Of a DNA stretch of 64,000 nucleotides, positions 48,714 through 57,166 are shown one piece after another; the stretch's first letter is position 1; each line of letters opens with the position of its first letter. The stretch is from positions 11,633-75,632 of IMG/VR virus record IMGVR_UViG_3300032212_000003. The stretch is one strand, 5' to 3'. A program made the position numbers and the translations under genes. This DNA comes from a virus (Duplodnaviria; Caudoviricetes). The notes beneath the pieces are model-generated. The model did not search any database. It was not told where the DNA came from and worked only from the letters and a program-made list of their open reading frames with translations.

Positions 48714-49203
48714 AAGACTGCTCCACTATTAAACTTACATTCAGAAGTCCCATCAAAACTTCTAGCTGATCAATGCTGTCCTGACAAGACCTTGCATCTC
48801 CATCCCACTCCTCATCTCTTAACATTTCAAAATCCTTTCTAAGGTTGTAAAGTCGGCTGGTTACTTCATCGTTAATAATAGCTGAATTTTTACCCGAGAC
48901 TTCTGAAATTAATTTAGAGTTAGCTTTCAAATATTGAGACTCATTGCTTTTATATTCTTCACCAAAATAACAGTACAAAGAACTTAGGTTTGATAATTCT
49001 TCAGTCTTATATTCTAATTCAATACCTCCTGTTCTGTAGTTTTCTTGTATTTTTATTGAAGTGTGTTTGTCATCTTCTATCTTTCCCCAAATAACTATAT
49101 CTGCATGGTCTTCCATTAAGTCATGCTTGTAATAGTAAGGAAGATCTACTTCAATAAATTCATCTAAATATACTGTTTTTGTTATCTTAACTTCAGTTTT
49201 CAT
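48706..49203 (-). CDS. Hypothetical protein
   Basis: RBS GGAG. Confidence 0.65.
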   Translation of the reverse strand: MKTEVKITKTVYLDEFIEVDLPYYYKHDLMEDHADIVIWGKIEDDKHTSIKIQENYRTGGIELEYKTEELSNLSSLYCYFGEEYKSNESQYLKANSKLISEVSGKNSAIINDEVTSRLYNLRKDFEMLRDEEWDGDARSCQDSIDQLEVLMGLLNVSLIVEQSYD

Positions 49204-49215
49204 TTATTGTCTCCT

Positions 49216-49614
49216 TTAGATTTCAGGTTTTATTTTCAAATCTGCAAATTCTATACGGTCTCCTGTAGATATATAGTCAATGTTCATTTGTATTTGGCAA
49301 GTTTTATTTTTTAGTAAGTCTTGCAGTACTATGACTCCTTTCCTGTGAAACTCTAAACTATGTATAGTGCCATTCTTAATGCAGAATCCAAAACCTGCAT
49401 AATAGTTCCTGTGAGATCTTACTAGATCTATCTCAGCAAGTAACTGGTCATCTGAGTTTAATAACTTTAACGACAACGGGTATATAGATTCAGTACCTTT
49501 CAAATGTTCAATTACAGAAGTTTTTTCTTCTACTTTTTCTTTTGCTTTTAATCTTCCTACTGCTAAAAACAACGTACCAAAAATACTTAGTTTAATAAAC
49601 GATCTTCTTTTCAT
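49216..49614 (-). CDS. Protein with a twin-arginine signal-like N-terminus
   Basis: MKRRSFIK + hydrophobic stretch + basic c-region RLKA. Confidence 0.7.
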   Translation of the reverse strand: MKRRSFIKLSIFGTLFLAVGRLKAKEKVEEKTSVIEHLKGTESIYPLSLKLLNSDDQLLAEIDLVRSHRNYYAGFGFCIKNGTIHSLEFHRKGVIVLQDLLKNKTCQIQMNIDYISTGDRIEFADLKIKPEI

Positions 49615-49650
49615 CTTATCCTCCTAAAATTTTAGGACCGTGTCCGAAAG

Positions 49651-49971
49651 TTAATTCCAATATAAGGCTATTAAATCATCATTGTCCATAGCGTTAACGT
49701 AAGCTGCTTCTGGCCCTGAAAGGTTGGCTCCTCTTACCTGCTTGGCAGTTAGTTGCACTACAGGATCTCCGTAAGGGTCTTCAGTTGTATCCCCGTAGCA
49801 AGACTCTCCCTCAGAATCTCTACCATGGTGAGAATTTATGGTTTCTATTCTAGTGGGTTCACATCGTTTTAAATAATAGTGCTGATCTTGACTTACATTA
49901 GAACATCTAATTGTAGTCAAAGACACATTACTGTTTAAGTACATAGGCATTAGATTTAGTACTACTGACAT
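49651..49971 (-). CDS. Hypothetical protein
   Basis: RBS GGAG. Confidence 0.7.
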   Translation of the reverse strand: MSVVLNLMPMYLNSNVSLTTIRCSNVSQDQHYYLKRCEPTRIETINSHHGRDSEGESCYGDTTEDPYGDPVVQLTAKQVRGANLSGPEAAYVNAMDNDDLIALYWN

Positions 49972-49980
49972 TACGTTCTC

Positions 49981-50208
49981 CTATAAATTATTTAAATCTA
50001 CATTAAGCTCTTCCGCAATGTAATCCATTGCAGATTTAGCATCGTCATAATATTCCTGTTGAAGTTCTGCGTCCTTCTTATGCAAATCATCCAAATCTAG
50101 GTATCTATTTTCAGACTCATTAAGTACGTCATAAACTTTACTTAGCCAGCTTTCCTTATCCATTGCATGGAGTTTTTTATTTTCCGACATAGTGGCCCAC
50201 CTGCTCAA
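49981..50208 (-). CDS. Small acidic hypothetical protein
   Basis: ORF; true start may be at 50190. Confidence 0.6.
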   Translation of the reverse strand: MSRWATMSENKKLHAMDKESWLSKVYDVLNESENRYLDLDDLHKKDAELQQEYYDDAKSAMDYIAEELNVDLNNL

Positions 50209-50602
50209 AAGTGTCGGTTATATACACTAACTCATCAAGTATATACCTACCTGTGGATCTGTGAAAAGTTCCAAACGAAGTACTTATATAATTTTCCGTT
50301 TGTTCTAGTACCTTAGATTTAAAAGAGCTTCCATCGGGCTTGTTTACTATTACATGAGATCTTTCGTCCGTGGCACATAGTGTGTGATAGTTATAGCCGA
50401 TTGATTTATCCACATCTCCCAGATATATTGCAGATATAAGTATCCTGGCCTGTTCTTGTTTTATTGGCTTTCCGCATTTATCGCACAATATTCCCTCGTA
50501 CTTCTTTCCTTCACATATAAGTTTAAGGAGTATACCTACTAAAATACCGGCAGTCATTACACACAGTCCGGTGATGAACATTACATATTGTATGCTTGTC
50601 AT
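50177..50602 (-). CDS. Hypothetical membrane protein with CxxC
   Basis: N-terminal TM helix; CDKCG. Confidence 0.6.
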   Translation of the reverse strand: MTSIQYVMFITGLCVMTAGILVGILLKLICEGKKYEGILCDKCGKPIKQEQARILISAIYLGDVDKSIGYNYHTLCATDERSHVIVNKPDGSSFKSKVLEQTENYISTSFGTFHRSTGRYILDELVYITDTFEQVGHYVGK

Positions 50603-50910
50603 ATTATTATATCCCGTTCAAATATATATTCAATTGCTGAGTGCACGAATCCGTACACTATCTCTTCGTGGTGCTTGGATTTAAAATAGGTTACATGCCA
50701 GTCGTTTTCCATCTTAAAGTCTTTTGTGTATCCCAATTCTTTTTCTAGCATAGCTAGATCATGGTAAGATACATGCCTTAAGAATATATTTCTGTCTACT
50801 GTATTTGAATTTTCAATTAGATCTGCAAGGCCGCCCTCTACTTCTACATCTCTTGGGTCCCAATTTACACAGTTATTAAAGTATTTAAATTTACTATTGT
50901 CGGCCATCAC
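50599..50910 (-). CDS. Hypothetical phage protein
   Basis: YFNNCV...DWHVTYFKSK...YGFVHSAIEYIF. Confidence 0.75.
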   Translation of the reverse strand: MMADNSKFKYFNNCVNWDPRDVEVEGGLADLIENSNTVDRNIFLRHVSYHDLAMLEKELGYTKDFKMENDWHVTYFKSKHHEEIVYGFVHSAIEYIFERDIII

Positions 50911-51152
50911 TATTCCTCTATGTTTTTAGGTATATCTTCTTTAAGTCTATACAATTGCCAGTTGTTAATTCCTACCAAAAGTCCTTTATAGTTATCTTTG
51001 GCTTCTTTCTTGATTATTTCTCTTACTTCTTCTGCTATTGCAATTGAAGTATCCATTTCGTTTAGTCTTACTTTATTACATACGCAAGTATTTTTAGGCG
51101 CTGCTTTTCTTGCCGCTATTCTTTTTTCTCTGTAACCTTTTGGAAATGGCAT
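50910..51152 (-). CDS. Small basic hypothetical protein
   Basis: RBS AAGGAG. Confidence 0.7.
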   Translation of the reverse strand: MPFPKGYREKRIAARKAAPKNTCVCNKVRLNEMDTSIAIAEEVREIIKKEAKDNYKGLLVGINNWQLYRLKEDIPKNIEE

Positions 51153-51195
51153 TAAATTCTCCTTAAATATTCGGACAAGTCCGAAAGATAATTAG

Positions 51196-51311
51196 TACCG
51201 GGTGCTGGATTTGAACCAGCGACCTTCTCCTTAATAGGGAGACGCTCTTATGACAGTGCATTGTCATCTTCCACAATATGCACATTGCTTCGACCCCTGA
51301 GCTAACCCGGT
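51196..51311 (-). ncRNA. tRNA-like RNA, anticodon AUU, with a ~43-nt D-loop insertion
   Basis: Acceptor ACCGGGT/ACCCGGT, D-stem GCTC/GAGC, anticodon arm TCTCC-CTATTAA-GGAGA, T-arm GCTGG-TTCAAAT-CCAGC; no encoded CCA. Confidence 0.85.
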
Positions 51312-51529
51312 ACTAATTACCCTTATAAAATAGATGAGAAGGAAATAAGGCAGAGTGAAAATTTTCCCTTCTCATCTTTAGCTATGACGATGCGTCTGTG
51401 CATCAAACATTACAATTAGTCCATAGTTTATATTCTCCTGCTTATTACGTACTTTAATTTGTGTATGAAGGTGACGTAAATTAACCCGCTTCTATTCCCG
51501 CTATTTAGCGGGAGGGCCTTGCTAAAAAA

Positions 51530-51605
51530 TGGTGGACCCGGAGTGACTCGAACACTCACCTTCCGATTATGAGTCGGATGCTCTAACCAACTGAGCTACA
51601 GGTCC
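51530..51605 (-). tRNA. tRNA with CAU anticodon, most likely tRNA-Ile2 (lysidine type)
   Basis: 76-nt cloverleaf with CCA; loop CT-CAT-AA; acceptor GGACCTG has C4-G69 and C5-G68 as in Ile2; no initiator features. Confidence 0.88.
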
Positions 51606-51610
51606 TTATA

Positions 51611-51687
51611 TGGTGCCCTCGGCAGGAGTCGAACCTGCAACCACCGGAGTAGAAATCCGGTGCTCTATCCAGTTGAGCTACGAAGGC
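51611..51687 (-). tRNA. tRNA-Arg(UCU)
   Basis: 77-nt cloverleaf with CCA; anticodon loop TT-TCT-AC; A20 in the D-loop. Confidence 0.93.
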
Positions 51688-51694
51688 TTATTTT

Positions 51695-51997
51695 CTACCA
51701 GTTAAACACTTCAAATAGTTTGTGAGGTTCTGAGTCTCTATCGAAGTTTATCCAAGCACACTGACACCTTGCCGCATGATAATATATTTCTACAAAACTT
51801 TCACTTAACCCAAAATCTCCAATCTCGCAGCATTTTTCCAGAATTTCTCCTAAAGAAGCACAGTAACCTACACTTACCATCCACCCATAGTCATGATTTA
51901 TTATTCTTATAGGTATTTCAGAATTACTTTCAAGTAATTTGTAGTCGGTTTCTGTTACATGTCCAGTTGACATGTCTAGCATATATAATAAGGTCAT
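51695..51997 (-). CDS. Hypothetical phage protein
   Basis: LDMSTGHVTETD...DYGWMV...WINFDRD. Confidence 0.75.
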   Translation of the reverse strand: MTLLYMLDMSTGHVTETDYKLLESNSEIPIRIINHDYGWMVSVGYCASLGEILEKCCEIGDFGLSESFVEIYYHAARCQCAWINFDRDSEPHKLFEVFNW

Positions 51998-52021
51998 TTT
52001 ATTTCCTCCTTTCCACTGTCT

Positions 52022-52228
52022 TTAAGTTAAACAGAATTCATAAGTTTTAGGAACTATACTGCTATCTTGATAGCTGCATTTTTCTATATCTTTTGAACAC
52101 TCAATTATTCTATTGGCAAACTTAATGGCATCACCTCTGTTCAAATATATAGTTTCTCCAGAGCCTATATAAAATTCTACTTTGTTTCTAAATCTACCAA
52201 CCTGTACGTTAGCTTCATCTTTTTTCAT
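52022..52228 (-). CDS. Hypothetical protein
   Basis: RBS GGAG. Confidence 0.7.
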   Translation of the reverse strand: MKKDEANVQVGRFRNKVEFYIGSGETIYLNRGDAIKFANRIIECSKDIEKCSYQDSSIVPKTYEFCLT

Positions 52229-52249
52229 GACGTTCTCCAGACTTAGTTA

Positions 52250-52483
52250 TCAGTGATCAAAAATTACTTGTTTAGGGTCTCCTCCTACATGGCACTCTAC
52301 AGGCCTAACCTCAGAAAATGCGATATTTCCAAAAGTTTGTTTTATTGCTTCGTTTTAGTTGTTAGTTATTATGTCTATTAGATGATCTCTGGCTTCCCTT
52401 TCTGTTTCATAGGTCCCATAACTATTATGAGGATATGCCATCATCCGCATTCCAGATTTAATTACTGTTATACAATATCTCAT
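52250..52483 (-). pseudogene. 77-codon ORF interrupted by an in-frame TAA at 52355-52357
   Basis: RBS AGGAG; MRYCITV...IITNN*NEAIKQTFG...EVRPVECHVGGDPKQVIFDH; the second half has no start codon. Confidence 0.7.
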
Positions 52484-52517
52484 AAAATTCTCCTAAAATA
52501 TTCGGACATTGTCCGAA

Positions 52518-52549
52518 AAATAAAGCCCCTAAATTTAGGGGCTTTATTT
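52518..52549. terminator. Bidirectional terminator (perfect 32-bp palindrome)
   Basis: AAATAAAGCCCCTAAATTTAGGGGCTTTATTT. Confidence 0.85.
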
Positions 52550-52564
52550 GGTACCGGGTAGTTT

Positions 52565-52900
52565 TTAACTTGCTGCGTTAGCAGCTGTCACACCAGCATA
52601 TGGAGTACAACTCAATCGTTCTTTGGCATGTAAATTTCTAGTGTAAGCTAATTGTCGAATAATTTTACCGACCGGCGTAATATGTTTCAAATTTTTAATA
52701 TATCTATACCTGTTGCCGGTGTCGGCGACCTGGGCTTTGTACGTTAGATCCGGAATGGCGATTGTTTTTACTTTATCATATTGAGCAGCTACAGTGTAGG
52801 CTCCAGTGCTGTCATAGCCAACGTCTAAGACGCTGGACATTACTGGCATAGAGAACAACATAGCTGAAACAATACAAATGATTGCATATAGTTTCTTCAT
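52565..52900 (-). CDS. Secreted hypothetical protein
   Basis: Sec-type signal MKKLYAIICIVSAMLFSMPVMS. Confidence 0.7.
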   Translation of the reverse strand: MKKLYAIICIVSAMLFSMPVMSSVLDVGYDSTGAYTVAAQYDKVKTIAIPDLTYKAQVADTGNRYRYIKNLKHITPVGKIIRQLAYTRNLHAKERLSCTPYAGVTAANAAS

Positions 52901-53016
52901 AGTTTCTTCCTTTCGGTTTTATTATGTCTCACAGTGAGACTCGGCTATAACACAGAACTTTATATAGTTCCACATTATTAGTTTTGGCTAATGTTACGCC
53001 TAATTTTGTATTTTAT

Positions 53017-53676
53017 TTAAAGGTGAAGCTCGTCCTCCTCCTGACCTTTTAAATCTTCAGGCAAATTTATAAGTGCTGGATAATTGTTAGGATGGTTTGG
53101 AACTTCTACTAATACAACAAAGTCACTATAACCTTCAATTAAATCTGGCAACTTTCCTGATTTTGTTTTTTGCTGTACCTCTTCAAATATTTCAAACATT
53201 TCTTTATGGTTTGTATAGTAGTTGCCGTAGCTGTAATATTTTCCTGACTTTTTAAAGTAAGATAGCTTTACTTCGAATGTAGCTTTTACCTCTTCTACGT
53301 ATTCGTCAATTTCTTCCAGCGTATAATCGTAATTGTGCTGCCCGTTTTCATATGTCCTTATAAACCTCTGTCTGATGTCCCTTTGTATTACTTCATTTGA
53401 ACAACCTTGTGTACTCTTTGGAGGCTCAGGACAAAATTCTTTAAGGTCTGGGTGCAACCAATTTTTAAACCAGTACAGAACAACATCTTCGTCCTTCATT
53501 TCCATGAGAACAGTTCTCTGAGGAACTTGACGCTCTCTGAGATCTTTAAGTTTTATCCTGATGCGTTCTTTTGATATATCAGAGAACTCAATTTTTTCAA
53601 ATATAGTGAAAGATGCCACCAGTTTTTCAAGTTCTTTCATATCGAAAGGAATTTGTAGTTTTTTAAGATTTCTCAT
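53017..53676 (-). CDS. Hypothetical protein
   Basis: 219 aa; C-terminal domain VKLSYFKKSGKYY...HPNNYPALI. Confidence 0.7.
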   Translation of the reverse strand: MRNLKKLQIPFDMKELEKLVASFTIFEKIEFSDISKERIRIKLKDLRERQVPQRTVLMEMKDEDVVLYWFKNWLHPDLKEFCPEPPKSTQGCSNEVIQRDIRQRFIRTYENGQHNYDYTLEEIDEYVEEVKATFEVKLSYFKKSGKYYSYGNYYTNHKEMFEIFEEVQQKTKSGKLPDLIEGYSDFVVLVEVPNHPNNYPALINLPEDLKGQEEDELHL

Positions 53677-53992
53677 TTTCTTTTCTCATAAATTTTTTAT
53701 CTGCATAAATTAAGGACGCTATAATAAATATCCAAGACACTGACACCAAAACCCACCCACAATATACTGCTATAGCTAAAGACAGTAATGATGAGATATA
53801 CAAATTTTTTGTTATCTCTAAGGACCCTTCTCTTTCAGAAAATGCTGAATAAGAAAATATAGCTAACAATATACTGAAGACTGTAACTAAATTTTCTAAC
53901 CCTGCATTTCCTACTATTGCAGCCATATATATAATTAAGGTAATACCATATGGAATAAGCTTATTTTCTTTAAGTTCGTTTTCAAATTTCAT
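53663..53992 (-). CDS. Multi-TM inner membrane protein
   Basis: Three to four hydrophobic segments. Confidence 0.7.
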   Translation of the reverse strand: MKFENELKENKLIPYGITLIIYMAAIVGNAGLENLVTVFSILLAIFSYSAFSEREGSLEITKNLYISSLLSLAIAVYCGWVLVSVSWIFIIASLIYADKKFMRKENEKS

Positions 53993-54003
53993 TTTACTTA
54001 TCC

Positions 54004-54318
54004 TTAGCCGTCTTCCGGCTCTAAGTATGGGCCTTTTATCTTTATGGCGATTTTTTCTATCTTATCGGCACAAGGTATTTCAGGTATTCCCATGGTTAAT
54101 GATTCCTCCTAGTTATAATCTATTCTAGAATCTATTATGTTATCTGAACAATCTGAAGAAATATGTGCGTAGTAAGATCCATCACTGCACCTTGATACCT
54201 CTACGAAACCGCCCGGAAACTTTATAACTCCCAGTGAAGGCTCGGGTATTTTCTCGTTTCCTTTAAATATTAAAGTACAAGCGTCCTTTGAATGTACTAT
54301 GTTTTTTAATTTTGCCAT
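54004..54318 (-). CDS. Hypothetical protein split by an in-frame TAG at 54109-54111 (69 aa + 34 codons)
   Basis: The frame continues after DYN* as EESLTMGIPEIPCADKIEKIAIKIKGPYLEPEDG. Confidence 0.6.
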
Positions 54319-54355
54319 TTAAGTTCTCCTAAAATTTTCGGACAATGTCCTAAAG

Positions 54356-54751
54356 TTATGGTATGTACTCTTTAAATACAAACCCATAATATTTCTCAAG
54401 TAATTCTATTTCGTCTTCTAAATAAAGTTTAGGTGTATTATACAATTCTTTACATACACTTCTACCTAAAAGATTAAGAAGTTCGTTTATAGTTATATAT
54501 TTAAAATCAAAAGTTTCCCTGTTTACTACAGGCCAAAAATATACAACTCGTTTATTATTATCAAAAATATAGTTGGCGTAATATTTAGCTTGAGATCTGC
54601 TGCTTATTAAATCCCCTTTTAAAATAGATATTGGCTTAGGTTTACGCTTCCGGCCTAATTTTAATTTAGATACTTTATCTAACAGCCAAGTTTGTCTTTC
54701 ATTTGTATCTACAAACTTATAGTTTACATTTTGTATTGTAAGTGTACGCAT
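54356..54751 (-). CDS. Hypothetical protein
   Basis: 131-aa basic ORF. Confidence 0.65.
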   Translation of the reverse strand: MRTLTIQNVNYKFVDTNERQTWLLDKVSKLKLGRKRKPKPISILKGDLISSRSQAKYYANYIFDNNKRVVYFWPVVNRETFDFKYITINELLNLLGRSVCKELYNTPKLYLEDEIELLEKYYGFVFKEYIP

Positions 54752-54774
54752 GGATCACCTGTTTAGATGCTAAT

Positions 54775-55134
54775 TTACTGGCCTTGGTATTCTCCTTTGG
54801 ACATATCGTTAAGAGTTCGGTATGCAGTATTGTCCTGCTCTACTGATGCCATATTAGGTTTGAACACCTGTCCCAATGCTGACAATGCTTCATAACCTTT
54901 GCTGTACTGTCCATCATGACATTCGGTATAGTGCCAGTAGGCTCCTACAATAAACTCATCTAGAGTGCATTCTCCTCCCTCCCCAATGGTCCAAATATCT
55001 TCCGTCTCTCCTTCATACTTATGTACTTCGTTTGCTAAAAGAATGACGGCCTCAGTTACTCTAAAATAATCCAGCTTACCGTTAATTGTAAAAACAGAAT
55101 TATTTATTACGTTAAATAACCTTTGTAAGTTCAT
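54775..55134 (-). CDS. Hypothetical phage protein
   Basis: WTIGEGGECTLDEFIVGAYWHYTECHDGQYS..Y.ALSALG.VF.P. Confidence 0.75.
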   Translation of the reverse strand: MNLQRLFNVINNSVFTINGKLDYFRVTEAVILLANEVHKYEGETEDIWTIGEGGECTLDEFIVGAYWHYTECHDGQYSKGYEALSALGQVFKPNMASVEQDNTAYRTLNDMSKGEYQGQ

Positions 55135-55178
55135 CTTAATTTCCTCAATCGTTCAATAAGTATACTTTCGGACTTGTC

Positions 55179-55856
55179 CTAAAGTATTCCACGTTCAGCG
55201 AAAGATACTACTTCCTCTCCCACTACAAAATGGTCAAGTACTCTAATATCTACCATGTTTAGTGCATCCTTTAATCTTGCAGTTATGCGCTCATCTGAGT
55301 AACTAGGTTCAGACGCTCCAGATGGGTGATTGTGGGCAAATATGACCGCCGCTGCGTTGTGCTTAAGTGCTTCTTTTACTACTTCCCTTGGATACACACT
55401 TGCGCCGTCTATAGTGCCTCTGAACATATCAGAAACTTTAATTAGTCTATGTCGTTGATCTAGAAATATTGTAGTGAAAACTTCATGCTCTAGATTTGAG
55501 AAATAAAGTTTTAAAAATTCTTTAGTATCACTTGGACTAGTCATATATTTTCCCTTACGAAATTTTTTCTTTATTATACCAAGGGCTTTTTTAACTATAA
55601 AATCATTGTCTACCATTCCCAATATTTGCGTGTTTACTTCTTTTTTATTATTACTTTCAGATGGAAGATATACTGGCGCATCTTCCGATTTTACTTTACC
55701 TTTACAGGTTGCTTGCAATGATACATGGGTAATTCCTTTTGCATTTACAGCTATGTTTACAGTATCTCCATTTGGAGTTACTACAGACACATCTTGTCCT
55801 TCATTGTAATACTCTACCAAAGAGAACTTATCTTCGTTTACTTCTATAATAGTCAT
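55179..55856 (-). CDS. radC: RadC-family JAB domain protein with an extra N-terminal domain
   Basis: [29 protein letters not shown]...[13 protein letters not shown]. Confidence 0.92.
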   Translation of the reverse strand: MTIIEVNEDKFSLVEYYNEGQDVSVVTPNGDTVNIAVNAKGITHVSLQATCKGKVKSEDAPVYLPSESNNKKEVNTQILGMVDNDFIVKKALGIIKKKFRKGKYMTSPSDTKEFLKLYFSNLEHEVFTTIFLDQRHRLIKVSDMFRGTIDGASVYPREVVKEALKHNAAAVIFAHNHPSGASEPSYSDERITARLKDALNMVDIRVLDHFVVGEEVVSFAERGIL

Positions 55857-55895
55857 TTTAAAATTCTCCTGAAATATTTAGGACATGTCCTAAAT

Positions 55896-56258
55896 TTAAT
55901 TAATTATATTTAAAAACCTGCATGCGAATGAATTCACATGCTCTAAATCTTCTACCGGTGCAAAATTATTCTGCTCTCCACAGAAGTCTTTACGACCTTT
56001 GCATTTTCTATACATTACTTCATTTCCTGTCCCAAAACATGGCTGAGACACTTGCACATATACATTATCAGTGTGAAGTGTAATTTCTCCCGACACTGCA
56101 ATGCCGCCCATATTGCTGCGCACATCGTACTCACCGGTTGACAGGTTCATTGATTTGGCTACCTTACGTAAAACCTTTTTAGCTTCTCGGTGAAATGCTG
56201 CTTTGTTTGCAGGTTCGTAAGATAGCTGCTTTTGCATTGATTGTGTTAATGGCTTCAT
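55896..56258 (-). CDS. Hypothetical protein (family seen in mobile elements)
   Basis: KAAFH..A...LR......DVRSNMGGIAVSGEITLH; start moved to the ATG at 56258 (RBS AGGAG). Confidence 0.75.
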   Translation of the reverse strand: MKPLTQSMQKQLSYEPANKAAFHREAKKVLRKVAKSMNLSTGEYDVRSNMGGIAVSGEITLHTDNVYVQVSQPCFGTGNEVMYRKCKGRKDFCGEQNNFAPVEDLEHVNSFACRFLNIIN

Positions 56259-56427
56259 GTTAGTTCTCCTGAAATTGGGTGGCGGTTGCTGGCCTCGTCC
56301 TTTCTTATCCAGCATTAGTTTTGTCACATATTTTCGACTCGCATCATACAGCTCTGTAAAGCTTTCAGAATTGCGCGTACTTTAACTTCAAAACATCAAG
56401 GGAGGCTTACAGACCTCACCACCATAA

Positions 56428-56709
56428 TTACATTTTGTATAGAAAATAAGTTCCGCCGTTATAGGCTTCCCAATAGTATCCTCTATCTGTGCAAAATTTA
56501 TTTAACTCGTTTAATACTCCCATGGTATATAATTTCTCTGAAGCATCAAACTCATAAGATTGATAACTGAAAGCCATTTCTCCATTTACTGAACTTCCTT
56601 CTCCAGACCATACAATTCTATTTGGACTATTATCAAACTCTCTTCCATCTTTAAACCAACAATCTGGAAACTCTTTAATTAATTGTTCTAATATAGAACT
56701 AGATTTCAT
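56428..56709 (-). CDS. Hypothetical protein
   Basis: RBS GAGG. Confidence 0.7.
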   Translation of the reverse strand: MKSSSILEQLIKEFPDCWFKDGREFDNSPNRIVWSGEGSSVNGEMAFSYQSYEFDASEKLYTMGVLNELNKFCTDRGYYWEAYNGGTYFLYKM

Positions 56710-56716
56710 GGCCGCC

Positions 56717-57142
56717 TCATTTTATTGTGGTGCCTGGCACACAAAGGTCAAATAAATAAGAAGTGTGATTACTGGATTCTTCTGACATTCCATTTTTATT
56801 TAATAGGTGATGTAGCATTTCATGCTGTATAAGCTTTCCATATTTTAAACTATCTCTTTGTATAACTATAACTCCATCACTAAAATAAAGAGCATCTGCT
56901 GGACCTTCTATATCTTTAACCACCACTATAAATGGAGCATAGTAAGTTAGCCCAGAGCATTCCTGAATTCTAGTCCAAGCTGATGTAAACGTATACAGTG
57001 TTGGTATGTCTCCATATTCAACCCTTACTTTTATACCATTGTCATAATCAATAAGATCATAGTCGGTTTTATCTGTTTCGTAAGTGTCGGTTTGGCACCC
57101 ATACATTAAAGACACTGCTAAAATAATTATTAAGTATTTCAT
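56717..57142 (-). CDS. Lipoprotein with an HExxH zincin motif
   Basis: Lipobox LMYG-C16; QHEMLHH. Confidence 0.75.
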   Translation of the reverse strand: MKYLIIILAVSLMYGCQTDTYETDKTDYDLIDYDNGIKVRVEYGDIPTLYTFTSAWTRIQECSGLTYYAPFIVVVKDIEGPADALYFSDGVIVIQRDSLKYGKLIQHEMLHHLLNKNGMSEESSNHTSYLFDLCVPGTTIK

Positions 57143-57166
57143 GGTTTTCTCCTTTCGGACATTGTC

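Noticed and set aside
50406-50414. DnaA box TTATCCACA
   Set aside because: Single copy inside a coding sequence; expected by chance
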